Shown: positions 11,674-25,300 of the stretch, in pieces
How positions within the stretch are numbered: the stretch's first letter is position 1
How the letters are laid out: every line of letters starts with the position of its first letter
From: Phoronis australis
Taxonomy: Eukaryota > Animalia > Phoronida
Length of the DNA stretch: 64,000 nucleotides
Direction of reading: 5' to 3'
Assembly (NCBI GenBank): GCA_002633005.1
Contig: NMRA01000146.1
Span: forward strand, 770,670-834,669
Translations under genes and position numbers: made by a program
The notes under the pieces: generated by a model
The model's input: only the letters and a program-made list of their open reading frames with translations
Told to the model about the DNA's origin: nothing
Databases searched by the model: none

Positions 11674-14600
11674 TATCTCGTAAGGTCAGACTCACTGAAA
11701 TGCGAAAACCGTGCGCAGACACACCAATAGTGTCCAACCAGCAGGTTGCACAGTATCCCCATTTACAGAACGTCAAGATAACCAAAGCTCCAGGTGACTT
11801 AATAGATGTGCTTCTGGGTGTAGACAATACTCATCTGATCACTTCAGAGGAAGTAATCATTGGTACGAAACTGGATGACCCCATCGCTGCCAGATGTCCG
11901 CTGGGTTGGTACATTCAAGGAGGTCGTAATCCTGGTGAGCTTGAGTGTAATGCCCTACTACACTACGCACAAATATGTGCAGTTGGCGAGCTTGAAGATT
12001 TTCTTGGTTTGGAGAGGATGGGTTTGGAGCCGAAACGTTGTAAGTGTACTGCAGAAGAGCAGGACAAGCAGGCTGCCGATTTTATGAAGCAGAGTGTCAC
12101 TCGAAGAGAAGATGGTACCTACCAGATAAATTTGCCGCGGAGGAAGTCTCAAGAGAAACTGCCAAACAACTACACTTACGCAGTCAACAGACTTCAGAAC
12201 CTAGAGAAACAGTTTCGCAACAAACCAGATGAATGGAGAGTTTACTGCGAACAGATGAGAGACCAGGTGTCCCGTGGCTTTGCAAGACTTGTTACTGAAC
12301 AGGAGCTGCAGAGGGACACTCGTGAAGACAAGGGAATGTGGTACCTGCCTCATTTTGCTGTCAAGAAGGACTCGATTACTACTCCTGTGCGTGTTGTTTT
12401 CGACGGCAAGGCGAGATATCAAGGACACTCTCTCAATGATTACCTTGCGAAGGGTATAAACATCAACAGCGATCTTTTTGATGTTGCACTACGATTTCGA
12501 GAGTTTAAAGTTGGCATAGCAGCAGACATTAGCAATATGTTCCAAACGGTTAAGATAACACCAGAGGATGCTCGATTTCACCGTTATGTCTTTAGAGAGC
12601 ATCCAGATTACCCTGTCAACGTCTACGAATAGACAACGGTCACATTCGGTGACAAACCGTCTCCAACTGCAGCCATAGTAGCGTTAGGACATACAGTTGA
12701 CGAGCATGCACCTGATGATGTAGAGCTTCAAAGCATCACCCGAGACCAGTTTTACATGGACGATTTAAACGATTCACAGAGAACATCCCAGAATGCGAGT
12801 CAGTTGAAGGACCGCCTTATTGAAGTACTAGACAAAGGGAAATTCAAGATTCGCAAGTGGTTATCCAACGTGAGCGAAATTTGTGAAACAGAATACGTTC
12901 CCAGCGATGGTGAGGCTGTTGTACTTGGGACCAAATGGAACCTCGAAAAAGACACACTCAGTGTGAAACAAGTCAATATTGAACATGAAATGGTGACAAA
13001 ACGCAACATTCTGAAGAAAACTGCGTCCTACTACGATGTATTTGGAATGTTGGCAGGTGTTCTCGTACGTCCTAAGGTTCTGCTTCAACGTTTGTGGCAA
13101 TTTAAGTTAGACTGGGACACGCCATTAACACCCCAAAGTGAGCTATGCTCCATATGGGACGAGATCCAAAAGGATTTAGAACAAGTCAATACGATTGAGA
13201 TTCCTCGCTGTCTTATCCCGGACAAGTTTAAAGGCTCGACAACCCTGCCCACAGTGTCACTACACGGTTTCAGTGACGCCTCTGAGGATGCCATGGGTAT
13301 GGGTGTTTGGCTACGTTGGTCTTATCCAGAGGATGATAGTAATGAACTGTCGTTCGTTTGTGCCAGAGCACGAGTTACCCCGTTGAAACAGACAAGTATA
13401 CCACGCAAAGAGCTTCAAGCGATCCTTCTTCTGTCACGGCTGGTGATATGTGTTGACAGAGCTCTAAGACTTGAAGTATCCTACAGGAGATTGTGGACCG
13501 ACAGTTTGACTGCAATATGCTGGTTACGTGGTCAGTCGAAATCTTTCAAGTCGTATGTAGCATACCGCGTTGGCGAAGTTACGTCAGAGTTTGATCCAAT
13601 TGAAGACTTATCCTATGTTCCAACCAAACAGAATGTCATCGACCTTGTCTCACGTGGTGGTACGGCTGCTAAAATGCAGAGTTCCTAAAACAACCACCTG
13701 CCCTTTGGCCCACTACACCAAAGACTATTCAGATTTCAGATGATCCCGAGCAAAAGAAGTTTCACGTCAGAAATGCCCACATGTACGCTGTGAAAGTGGC
13801 TGTCACACCGTTCATTGACCCTAAGAGGTTCTCAAGTTGGTCAAGGCTGCTCATGGTCACTGCTCGTATCTTGTCTTTGAGAGATTTGCCAATGTCTCGG
13901 TGGTTAAAATCGCTGACGTCTCAGATTTTCAAATGGCCTACTCGAACGCACCTGGAAGAAGCTGAGTTGTACTGGATTCGTTGTGCTCAACGGGAAATTG
14001 ACTTCAAGACTCACCAGATAATGAGTCTTAGTCCTTTTTCGATGATGAAGAGGGTGTGTATAGATTTGGTAGTCGCATCAGAAAGGCACCGATTTCTTAT
14101 GACATCCGTCACCCATATCTACTACCAAAGCGAAGTCACATAAGTCTGCTGATTGTTCGTGAGAGGCATCGCCACGCATTCCATGGAGGACACCTCAGAA
14201 CTGCCTTCGAAGTCCGTAAGAATTACTGGTTAATCGGAGACATTAACGTATCTCGACGCGTCGTTCACGAATGTATGACCTGTAGACGTTAAGGTGGGAA
14301 ACCGTTGAAGCAAAAGATGGCCGATCTTCCTGACTGTCGTATTACGCCGTGTACCCCAGCATTTAAGACTACGTTAGTGGACTATTTGGGACCAGTTAAT
14401 GTGAAACTCACCAGAAACACCGTCTCCAAGGGTTATTGTGCTGTGTTCACCTGTGCGGTGACAAGGGCAGTCCATCTAACATGCGTTCAAGATCTCTCAA
14501 CATCAGCCTTTCTCCAGGCCTTTGAACGGTTTGTGAGCATACGTGGTGCACCAGCTATGATAATCAGCGACAGTGTCATGTGTTTTCAAGGTGCTGATAA

Positions 14601-15262
14601 TGAAATGAGAGAGTTGAATCTTCGTCTCAATCGTGAGCAACTCTAATGTCGTGGTCAACGTTACAACGTGGAATGGAAATTTGGGCGGCCTGGAGGACCT
14701 CATCATCAAGGGGCGGTAGAGCGGATGGTGCAAGAGGTCAAAAAGTCTCTGCGGTACTTGGGTGCAAGCTGACAAGCTCCCATTCGAGGAGTGGGAGACA
14801 GTGTTCTGTCAGATATCGTCTTCGATGAATAACCGACCACTTACAACCAAGTCGTCCTCACCATTGGACGACGCCCCTATTACACCCAACCACTTCCTGA
14901 TCGGTAGAGGTGAGCTGCCAAGTCCTCAAGTCCCATGCACTGAGTACACTGCTGACTTCAAAAAGCGTCGCGAGTTGTGTAACACCATGGTCGATGGATT
15001 TTGGAGAAGATGGTTAACTAACATACACAAACTGTCCCCTCGGCGGAAATGTTTCAACTCTAGTGATAATCTAGCGAACGGAGATGTTGTTCTAGTAGTT
15101 GACGAAAATGCCAATCGTGGATTTTGGAAAATGACAGAGATTGTGAAAACGTACGCCAGTGATGATGGACAGATTCGTGTTGTGGACATTAGATTTTCAG
15201 ACGGCCATGTTATCAAGAGACCCGTAACTAAACTTGTTCTATTGATGAAGAACACGGATTGA
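11674..15262 (+). pseudogene. pol: Remainder of BEL/Pao pol (RT, RNase H, integrase, DUF5641-like C-terminus) with stops and frameshifts
   Basis: Resumes in frame (SRK|VRLTEM). WYLPHF..VRVVFDG, ADISNMF, YMDD, FSDAS, HRHAFHGG..CMTC, VDYLGP, ISDS, FWRRW..KRPVTKL. TAG at 12630 and several later breaks. Confidence 0.93.
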
Positions 15263-15454
15263 CTCGATTGACGTTTGAACTTGATTACACAGTGCTAGAC
15301 ACTGAGTTTACGTTTAATATGATAGTGTGTGTTTCTGGTTAGACATTAGTTGGCTATAAGTGTTTTCTAGTGGTACAAGAGTCAGTCGGTGCCTAAGAAC
15401 TTTTATATTTTTTTAGTATTTTCGCCATTCCTGTCTGTTTAGTGTCCCCTGGGA

Positions 15455-15670
15455 TGTCATGCGACTGATTACTAGTTAGTTATAAGCCTTTCTATAGATG
15501 TCGCTGTCGTTCGTTTAATCGGTTTGTGACAGTGGCGTTATTTGTTTGTAGTTCCACACAGTTGAAAAATACATATGTAAACGTCGAGTCGCTCGCAATA
15601 TTTATCGCATTTTATTCGCCGAAACGCATTGCAGAGACTATTTATTGTTTCAACGTGTGATTTCATAACA
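15455..15670 (+). repeat. 3' LTR of BEL/Pao element 1
   Basis: Copy of 4532-4747; preceded only by a weak purine tract (cccctGGGA). Confidence 0.97.
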
Positions 15671-15675
15671 ATCAT

Positions 15676-16430
15676 ATAAAGTACCAAGTGGGTCACTAAA
15701 CAGCCAACTGGGCTATAACAACCTGCAAAGCAGGGTTCCGGACAAACTGAGTGAGCAGACCAGCCGGAGTGATAAAAAGAGATATTGTAAGGAACGTGGT
15801 GTTGTGGCTCAGTATGTGCCACATTGGCAGGGTTGTTCATGTATGAACAATCCTGTCCACCGCCACAACCCGCGTGGGGGCCGTGACCCTGGTAGGGGAG
15901 TGGCAGGGGTTGGGGAAAAAAGGTAGTCGGAAGAATGACAAAGGGACCGATGCCATTCCCGGATTTGCCTCCATAATCATTGAAGCTCATCCCCCCCCCC
16001 CTTCCGGAGTGCAGGCCCGGCGTTCGACTTGGGGCACAGCCCACGAGGACAGTTTGGATATCTCACGATGAGCAGTACCGCTCCCGCAGAGCTCGAAACC
16101 CAGCCACACCCTGGTTTACGATAGAGCCGGAGTTGTGGTTGGTGTACATTACCGGCACCTCTACTGACAACATACCACACCCACTTACCAGACAATCCTA
16201 TACCTTTACTACAAGGCAAATTGCATTGCATAACAGTGCAGGCAAAAACATACCTGGAGGACCTGCAGTGGTTCCCACCCGAGCATCGCATGGTACAGGG
16301 CAACCCAACGCTCCCGACCGGGCCTTTCCCGGGTACAAGTCGCCCCCAAAACCCATATCACACTCACTCGGAATCAGTCCTGGCGAAATTCAGCCGGTTT
16401 AGGGCGCACTTTAATACCCAAGTTTAGTGC
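15676..16430. mobile_element. Continuation of the Ngaro/DIRS-like repeat plus a gag-like fragment
   Basis: 15676-15820 matches about 3625-3769. Plus-strand WISHDEQYRSRRARNPATPWFTIEPELWL (about 16055-16145) resembles the W-x-YDEQFR...W-x-ID-x-ELW motif of Ngaro ORF1. Confidence 0.5.
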
Positions 16431-19400
16431 CCCCCTGAGTAGTACGAATCTAATGCACCGTGTCGGAGCTAGAGTAGCTCAGCTGAAGATAACTGACGTT
16501 CAGGTTCCTATGTGGTCAGGTCAAGAAATAATGCGCAACTGTTGGTATTGCTGTGGCAAAACAGAAAAGGTGGGCGGTGTGACAATTGCTGGATAGTAAC
16601 CTCTGCCAGAAGCATCTGCTGTTAGTGAAACTCGCTGCAAAATTATACTCAGAAAATGGAGATGTTTTCAGAAAACGAAAAGATTGTTAAAGTTTTATTT
16701 TGGATGTTAATTTTTTATATTTATTAATTGTTTTTGGTTATGTTTTGTTAAAGTTAGGAAAGAAGTGATGGTGCGGAATGGTAAAGCGCCATCAGCATGG
16801 TAGATGTGATTTCGTGTTAAGATTCATGAACAATCTAAAATCAGTATTCAAAAAGTGCTTTTCATTTGACGCTGCTTTTGATATGAAAACCGACAGTTTG
16901 ATAAAAATCAGTAATTAAAACGCTAAATTTCTACAACATGATATTGAAAAACAAGCCCATTTAGACTAACGAACAACGGCGGTAGCATGGTTTCCATTTT
17001 GGTTGAGTAACATGGGCTGGTTTGGAGATACCATTTAGCAAATTTTCGAACGTTTCATCCCCAGAACCAGAAAGTAAACATCAACATGTAACCTGCAGGG
17101 GAAGTTCAATATCGAAACGAAGTATAGCATGGACAGATAAACCATTAACGGGCAGGATATAAATGTACAGGGTAAAAATCAAAGTGGTGTGGCATGCGAG
17201 TTTCAAGCATAATAAAAAGACACGAGGTTGGCAGTTTTGAAATATTTTATTGAAAGTAAACCGTATTTTGTTACATATTTGGGCTGCTATGTAGTTACAC
17301 ATCTACTGTGGACCAAGCTATGTGCCACAGGAAAACCTTCATACGAAAACTTGCATGTCTACTGTATGGCTAAGAAAAATAAAATATCTAAAAAATCCTA
17401 CACAACACAACCATAAGAGAAGGCGGCAACAGGATCTCAGGAATAATGATAGCGCAAAAAGTCATATAAAATAGACAACACCAAGTACACAATCAGAAAG
17501 TAACCAAGTCTACAAAATATGTTTGCCAGTAAAAAGGCCTAGCACCGTATCAATGTGTTCAACGAATAACCGGAGCTAAGCAAAAGGACAAATAACATTT
17601 GTGCCGGCGATGTCAGGAAAAGATGGGCACATCTAGTCAGTAAATGCAATTGAGCCTAGGGTTCAGGCGTCGTGAAAGTTTAGTCTAGACAGTTCCATTG
17701 GTGGCACGAGGTCATCAGCACTATGCAACAAGTTATTATGTAATGACATGAGAGTGAAACCACAGGCTGGCCCATCACCGTGAACTCTGGGTGAATGAGC
17801 ACTCCAACTGAGTTGGGGATAGTGGAATCCCAGTGTGCCTAGGTGACGAAATTTTAGGAGGTAGGTTAGACACTATTGCGTGGAATATAGGTTAACAAAA
17901 TGAAAATTTACAAGATTTTGAAATCGTAAATTAAAAACCTTGTGTTAAAATAAGTGAGAGACTACTGGTAAGCTGAGATGAGTTATACACTGTAAGCCTA
18001 AACGGGCAGAAGTATCCCACTAGTGTTACAGTGCCGCGCTTTCGAAAACTTGGCGCAGTTACATGGATACTGTTTACTAGTAGCCCGGGTGTAGTGGCTC
18101 CCGGGTTGCAGATGAAAATGACCCTACTTAACAGGCTAACGACAACTGTTAGAGTGACTGGCTTATACATAAGCACACCAAAATGAACAAGGCATATACG
18201 AAACTAGTAAAATAAAGAAAAACAGCTGACGCCATGCGCTCGCTGTGTAGGCACTCGACCGCGGATTTCGTACTCGGTTAGACTAAATAATTTTATATAT
18301 CTGAGTTTCGTACGACGAAGCTATGCTCGCCTGAGAAGTAGACAAATTAGCAAGCATGTGTGACGTGATCTCGTCGAACTCTACGTTCGTCTACCTGCCG
18401 CTACGGTAGCCGTCTAATCGAAAATCGTCATGATGGGGAATGCCCGACCAAGAAGCGGAACGGAAACAAAGTTGACGCATTACCGCGGTTGGAATAGGTT
18501 AAAAATTATTCCAAGAGAACGAAATGTGAAGCATTAGATGAGACCAATTGCCACGAATCTTTTCAGAAGTTAAAACATGTTTTGCTATCATTAGGTTTTT
18601 ATTATTATTATTATTATTATTAGGTATTATTATTATTTTTTTGGATTGTTTTTTTCAATGATTATTTATTCAGTTTTAGCAATGATTCAGTGTACGTTTC
18701 ATTTTTTCTTATTTTATATGTTTACTTTGTGACATATTGGATGTTTTTGATTTTTGTTTTCATTATTTTTATTCAAAGCATTTTTTATCTTTTTGAACGG
18801 AAGAAACTATGCGAGTCAAAAGCGAAGATAAACATTCGTGCGCGCAAGGGGCCAAAAGCGAAGTACTTGAAAAGGCCTCTACAAACAAGATATTCAAAGT
18901 GTAAGGTACGGTATTTCCGCACTTTTCTTCGAGAAGTCGAATAAAATATAGACGTGGGAGCCTAATTTTTTATATTCATATTTATTTTTTTTTATTATTA
19001 TTTTTTTTCAATCTCATAAACCCACCGAAATGGTTGTGCGCTATATAAGGACACTTTAGTGTGAGACGCAGCGCTTTCGAGCTTTACCACACCAGCCTCC
19101 GCCGCGACATGCGATAGATTCCCTTCTACATGTAGGTCTCAACCATTGTAAATCCCATATGTTACATCAATATTACCTCGTGTCCTGTTGGAACAGTACC
19201 TAGTAGTCTAGTGTTATGTAATTCCAGTATCAACCATGCACCCAAATTATCAGGACGTCTAGACCCTAGGTCACACGAAAGTCAAACCGCTGGCACTCAA
19301 ACGCATTCTACTGTATAGGGCCTTTTATACTAACATACACGCGTCGACGTTTTTGGGAGTTAATGTCAGTTTGAACGCTTAAACTTTGGTCCTGGAAGGA

Positions 19401-21124
19401 AGTTACCAGCGCCAGTTAACTTCGCACTAAACAGGTGGATTTAATTGCTTAGCGCCAATGCTGCCACGCAGTATAAACGATCAACTTCAGTCCTATCGAA
19501 GTTATTGCCAGGGGCCACTGTTATCATTAACAAATTCACAGTAGTGTGCTGGCTAATAGTTGCTTATACCTTGCTATAATAATCACCAATCAATTTGAAA
19601 ATACGTTTTATGTCAATTAACACATGTAAATGTTCCCAAGTTGTCACATCTTAGCGTGCAGTGCTACCTTGCGATACCTTCGATCACAACAGCGTCACCT
19701 ACTGTTTACATTGAAGTTCATTAACTACGGAAGCCAGAATGAACGGTCCAGTTAACTTCGCAGTGTACGCCGATGCTCCGCTCAGACAAGAGTTAAGTAA
19801 ATGTGAAAGGGCCCTATGGTAGACCACAAGACACTTAATCTTCTTTAGCTGGATCTGCTCACTTAGCTTCACAGGCAAATAATCCATGTTTTGTGACTAC
19901 AAGCGCTCAGATAAATGAATTCATAGGTCCATGAGCTGCAGTTTTTAAGTGCGTACGTTGCGTTGTCTGGGTAGCCTTCCTTATCCAACGATTGTTGAAG
20001 GCACACTCTGCAATAAAGACAAAAAAATTAATAACAGATGGGTAAAAGCTATCAGTAAAAGACAATTTAACTTGCTGGATATTTATCGTGCTGTTTATAC
20101 AACGCTGATTTGTAAAACTTCCTGACTTATATACAGAGCCTAGAAAATAGTCTTCAAACTCAAAATTTAACCAATCACTCTCCAGGATTCAAGTGCAAGA
20201 CTAGTCTGCACGTTTACTTCAAGCATGCACTGCAGTGGGTCAGTTTTCCACATAGTGTTTTGAATGAAGTTTTAATCCTGGATTCGCGACATTCAAAACA
20301 ATTTTATTCTATACAACTTGAATACAAAACATGCACATGGTCACCTATCATGCTATCACAATCTAGAACAAACCGTGCATATGACAAAACTTAATGTGTT
20401 AATAAAAGTTGGATTTCAGGCTAACAAGGTATCGTATCCTGTAACTTTTTAGATCAAGTTCTATGACAAATTAATTAATATTTTTATCAAATGATGAAAC
20501 TGTTGGCAACTGCAATAAACTACAATTCCCATTATTTTAATGAACTTTTGATTTTTTAATTCGTTAATCTGATAAGAAAATGCACAACTCTACATAATAA
20601 GCAGAGCTAGTTGTATTCTAACTAGCTGTCTCCAGCCAGCATAGAACTTCTTACTAATGTTTCATGGACATTTAGCCGGCACAACCAGAGTTAGAACTGA
20701 AAGTTTAATCTCACATGTATACTTTCGCGTGTACTTTTTGAAACTTTTAGCAAAATCAAGAAGCTTTACACTGACTTGACCAAATGGCCACAAGAATCAG
20801 TAAGCTTGTTAAAGATTATAAGCCCATTGGCTTAATCAAGGACATATTTCATATTGTTTCAAATTCAAACCCTGATAGCAGCACTATTTTTAACTCAACA
20901 ATGAAACATATGAAGCTCTACCTGCCATGTGGATGTAGACAGCCCAATACCAACTCTGGGTGATTGTTTCGATGCAAATGTTTGGATGTCTAGTTCTTCC
21001 AAGTACTCCGCCAAGTTAATAGAGACCTGAAAACAAGGAGATATTAGCAAACATAACAGTATGTGATAGCTTCTTAAGAATCCAGACATAACCCATTTAC
21101 AGGGAATGCTATCCATGTAAATAT

Positions 21125-21289
21125 CAGGGGCGGTCGGGCGGATCCAGGATTTGGAGTTGGGGGGCTAGGGCAGAGTAGGGTTTTGCCCATCAGACATTCA
21201 CCCCCTGCCCCCCCAACTGCCAATTGATCTTGTAGCGTTTTAGGGGGCCGGGGCCATGGCCTCTTAGCTGTCCTCTGAATCCACCATTG
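21125..21289. repeat. Short GC-rich MITE-like interspersed repeat
   Basis: Ends CAGGGGCGG..GGATCC and GAATCCACCATTG are imperfect inverted termini around G/C runs. Confidence 0.4.
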
Positions 21290-21767
21290 AAGATACTGGC
21301 ATGGTCTTCACGAGAGTTCTTATGTAACCATAATAGTTAACAGTAAAAATAAAATTATTATCTCATGTACTACAGTAAACATAAAAATACCATATCCTGT
21401 ACTCCGAGTCCTACCAATCACTTTACTGGCTGATATTTGCAAAGATATTAAATTGAGGTTCCAAACAAATTTCTAGAGGGAAAAGAATATGCCCCTACAA
21501 ACATGGGGAGATCATTCTAGTCAGCCCATATTCACCTCAACTCAACTCCTAGGTAAAGTTGTACCCAGATTAACTATCACTTTCACCATGACACTGAAAT
21601 ATTTGAAACCACTCGAACTCGCACTGAATGTGAAAATTTTAAGTGCGACATTCTAGTATCCCACAACCCGGTAAAAATTCGAAAGCACATACTCAATCCC
21701 AAAGTCAAATCACACAAATTTTCCTTATTTGCATTGAATTATTTTGTGCAATTAGATAGGAATTATG

Positions 21768-22192
21768 TGTGGGGTGTTTGATGAGGTTGTAGACTGCTGG
21801 GGAGTCTAACCGGTTCGTTGCTTGTTAGATGGAGATAAAAACTGACTACATCGATTGAAGGCTATAAGAACACACAAAGTTTATTGGCTCTAACTACAAT
21901 ATATATAGCAACTCAAAATATGTGTGGGTTTTGGGTGTATTTGAGTCAGTTCCTGTGACGTCAACACAAATAGTAAACTTTTATGAATGGAATTCCACAA
22001 TCTCGTCCTGGCATGCCATATATGGAAAATGACTTGTTTACCAGACAAGCAGATGCACTGAAACAATAACATTGATATGCTGAGGTCACTACTCACAGGA
22101 ACTATTATGTAACAACTCTTCCTTTTGCCAGAGTTCTATGAAAAAACAGGATATGACTCACTTTCACTTGATCATCATGAGAATTCATGACA
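21768..22192 (-). repeat. 3' LTR of BEL/Pao element 2
   Basis: Direct repeat of 27873-28297; TG..CA termini. Confidence 0.97.
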
Positions 22193-22333
22193 CTCCGCCG
22201 GCCAAAAACGTTAAAATATTCAAATTTTAAAATCAACTGAGTCGCACCAAAAAACCACACATCATATTAAAATAAAAAGCTTGAAACTAATCATCATAAT
22301 CAAGTTACGCTTGAATTACACTAGTTGATATGT

Positions 22334-25300
22334 TTACACTAATACTAATTGTTCATCTTGGTGAGTAAGCTGTTTCCGAATTTTTTCCATTGCCAATTGC
22401 GCGGCTTGACGTCTTGGTCTATCAAGAACAGTCTCCTGGTTTGATTCTCGTTCAGTGGCAGTCTGTTCACTTGTGTCCGATCCACTCTTATAGTTTGCCT
22501 CCAATGGATATAATTCGGCAATGGGGCGATTTGTGTATCCACCCTTTGTTTTGATGGTTGCAGATCGCACAAATCCATCTGCGCCCATGTTTACTTCGGT
22601 AACAATACCCATAGGCCAATTGACACGTTTTTCGATGTCCATGTGGATTAATACAATGTCTCCTTTGTTTATAGTATTACACTGAGTGCGTCCATGCGTT
22701 GTGGTCTGAGAATGTCTCTCACGTAAAATTGGTAAATACTCTCCTTTCCAACGCTTCCAAAAGTCCGTAAAGAGTCTATCCAAATATCTAACGCGGCTAG
22801 TCATGGCGTCGCGTTGAAGCGTAAAATCAGGATCTGTAATTTCATCAATCTCTACAAACTGTCGAGGTAAAGTTGACGTTATACGTCCATGGATCAGGTG
22901 TGATGGAGTGAGTGGTACTGGATCATCCTTGTCACTTGAGATGTAGGTTAGTGGTCTGTTGTTGATAACAGCTTCGATTTCCGTTAACAATGTGACGAGT
23001 TCATCGTATGTGACGCAGGATTTCCCTAACACCTTCTTCAGTGATGTTTTGGTAATGCCAATGAGTCTTTCATAGAATCCACCAAACCAAGGCGCTCTTT
23101 TAGGAATAAAAGACCATTTGACGCGTTTTTGACGAAGATGATTCTCAACAGGGACACTTTCGATTAGATTTCTGATGTTTTCCGCTGAAGATACGAATGT
23201 CGACGCATTGTCTGAGATGACATGGCTGGGTAGACTTTTTCTGCTACAAAATCTGCGAAAGGCTCGGATAAATGCTTCTGAACTCATGTCTGTGACTAGT
23301 TCCAGGTGACATCCTCTGGTGACAGCACACGTTATCAACAATACGTAACACTTATTTTGGTTCGAAGTTGCATTTCGATAGTAAAGCGTACCTGTAAAAT
23401 CCACTCCAACAATAGTGAATGGTGGTGCTTCTTCAAGCCTGTATATAGGTAGGGGAGGATCCAGGGGTCTCGCATAGGGTTGTCCATTAACTTTGAGGCA
23501 TCGGACACACTTCCGTAGCGCCGACTTGACAATTTGTCTGATTCTTGGTATCCAGAACTGTTGTCGCAAATGAGTAATCGTTGATAAAGTTCCAGCATGT
23601 TTGAGTAATCCATGTGCATGTTCAATGATAAGGAGTGAAAATCTGTCATTCGGTGGAAGCAATATAGGAAATTTAGCATCATATGTGCTGTATGCATGCT
23701 CAAGCCTTCCCCGACAACGAATGACGGCATTGTCATCAAGGAATAATTTCAATTGTCGCACCAATGGAGACTTCGATTTTGATCCTCGGAGAACTTCTAA
23801 TTCACGGGAATAATACTGTCGTTGAACGTGTTTAATCCACAATAACTTGGCTTGGTTCAGGTCTTCTACGGTCAATTTTGAACTTGTTTCTTGCTTGCGT
23901 AATCTGTGCACAAACTTCATCACATAGGCAGTCACATGTAGTAGTCTGTCCAGGGTAGAAAATCTATTAACATCAATGATTGCTTTAAGGTCAAGAGTGT
24001 ATACCTCTGCTTGTGTCTGTTGTGTCTGCTGCTGTTGTTGTTGCGTAACAGCAGTAACGTCTGTAGTTGTGTCTGTTGACTGGAGTGTTGGTGGGACATC
24101 TGGAAGTAATCCATCTGTTGATGTGCTCAGATCACACAGGTCAGTATTGCACGACATCACAATACTGTCTGGGGAGGGATTGATAGGCCAGTCACCTGTG
24201 GGTAACCATACTGGACCCGACCACCATAGTTGCGATGACTTCAGGTTTTCAGTGGAAATGCCTCTTGTCAGCAAATCTGCAGGATTATCTGCTGAAGGAC
24301 AATACGTGACGTTGTCGAACCTTGCAGACTGTATTTCACGTACTCTGTTTGCGACAAATACGGGTAGTTTTTTGTCACAAAGAATCCAGTGTAGAGTGAT
24401 TTGGCTATCTGTCCAAAGTACTCTCTTGTTCACTTGGAGATGGCTAGAACTTAGTGATTTCATGACGAAGTTTGACAGTCGAGTTCCTATCAGTGTAGCC
24501 ATTAGTTCCAATCGGGGTAGTGTGATGTCTTTTGTCGGCTTTAATCTTGTTTTTGCCATCACCAGGGTAATTTCGTTTCCTTGTTTTAAGTAGACCGCAG
24601 CACCATAGGCAAGCAAACTGGCATCGCAAAACACATGGAGCTCAATATGATTTTTGGTAGGGTCATTGAAATACTGGCGCGGCACCGTGATGGACCGGGC
24701 TGCAGTGAGATCATGAAATATGTCATTCCATCGCTCATATACTGTAGATGAGAGTGGGTCGTCCCAGTTCCATTTCTCTTGCCACAGTTGTTGGATCAAT
24801 AGTTTAGCCTTGACATGAACTGGGGACAGAAATCCGAGGGGGTCAAACACGGTAGATGTCAATTTCAGCACTTGTCGCTTGGTCACTTCACCATGAGGTT
24901 GAGTTGACTGTGGTGTATACATTAGGTAATCTGTAGATGTGTTCCATCGCAGTCCTAGGACATTGACAATTTGATTGGCATCTCCATTATCATCTGCATT
25001 TATTTTGGCTTGTAGTATGGGGTCACTTGTGGCCCATGACCTCAATTTAAAGCCAGCTTGTTGCATAACACCATTAGCCTTGGTGTAGTATTCCACTGCT
25101 TGTTGAGAGGAATCTTCTTGGTCGTTACTTGATGTAACACCAATTAGAATATTATCAACGTAAATATTCTGTTGGATGTCGCTGGTCACAGGATCATCAT
25201 AGTTGTCCAAATGTGTTTTGATGACTGAGTTCAGGATGAACGGACTGGAGCGGGAACCAAATAGGACGGACTTGAATCTGTACACTTGAAATTCACTTTC

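Larger units (their letters stand above)
4532..15670 (+). mobile_element. Full-length BEL/Pao LTR retrotransposon (inactivated; carries a nested LINE)
   Basis: TG..CA 216-bp LTRs; 5-bp TSD ATCAT (4527-4531, 15671-15675). Gag with Zn knuckles, protease LLDQGSQ, RT YMDD, RNase H FSDAS, integrase HHCC and DDE, in BEL/Pao order. Confidence 0.97.

Noticed and set aside
15263-15454. env-like gene in the BEL elements
   Set aside because: Less than 200 nt between pol and the 3' LTR in both elements; no ORF.
16900-18240. Possible minus-strand gene or LINE 5' end starting ATGGCGTCAGCTG
   Set aside because: Early stops and no recognisable motif.
20922-21026. 105-nt AG/GT-bounded candidate exon
   Set aside because: Isolated, no homology recognised, and phase does not match the mucin exon family.
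23976-24593. 205-aa Cys-rich ORF
   Set aside because: Antisense to BEL pol; the poly-Cys mirrors the poly-Gln codons.
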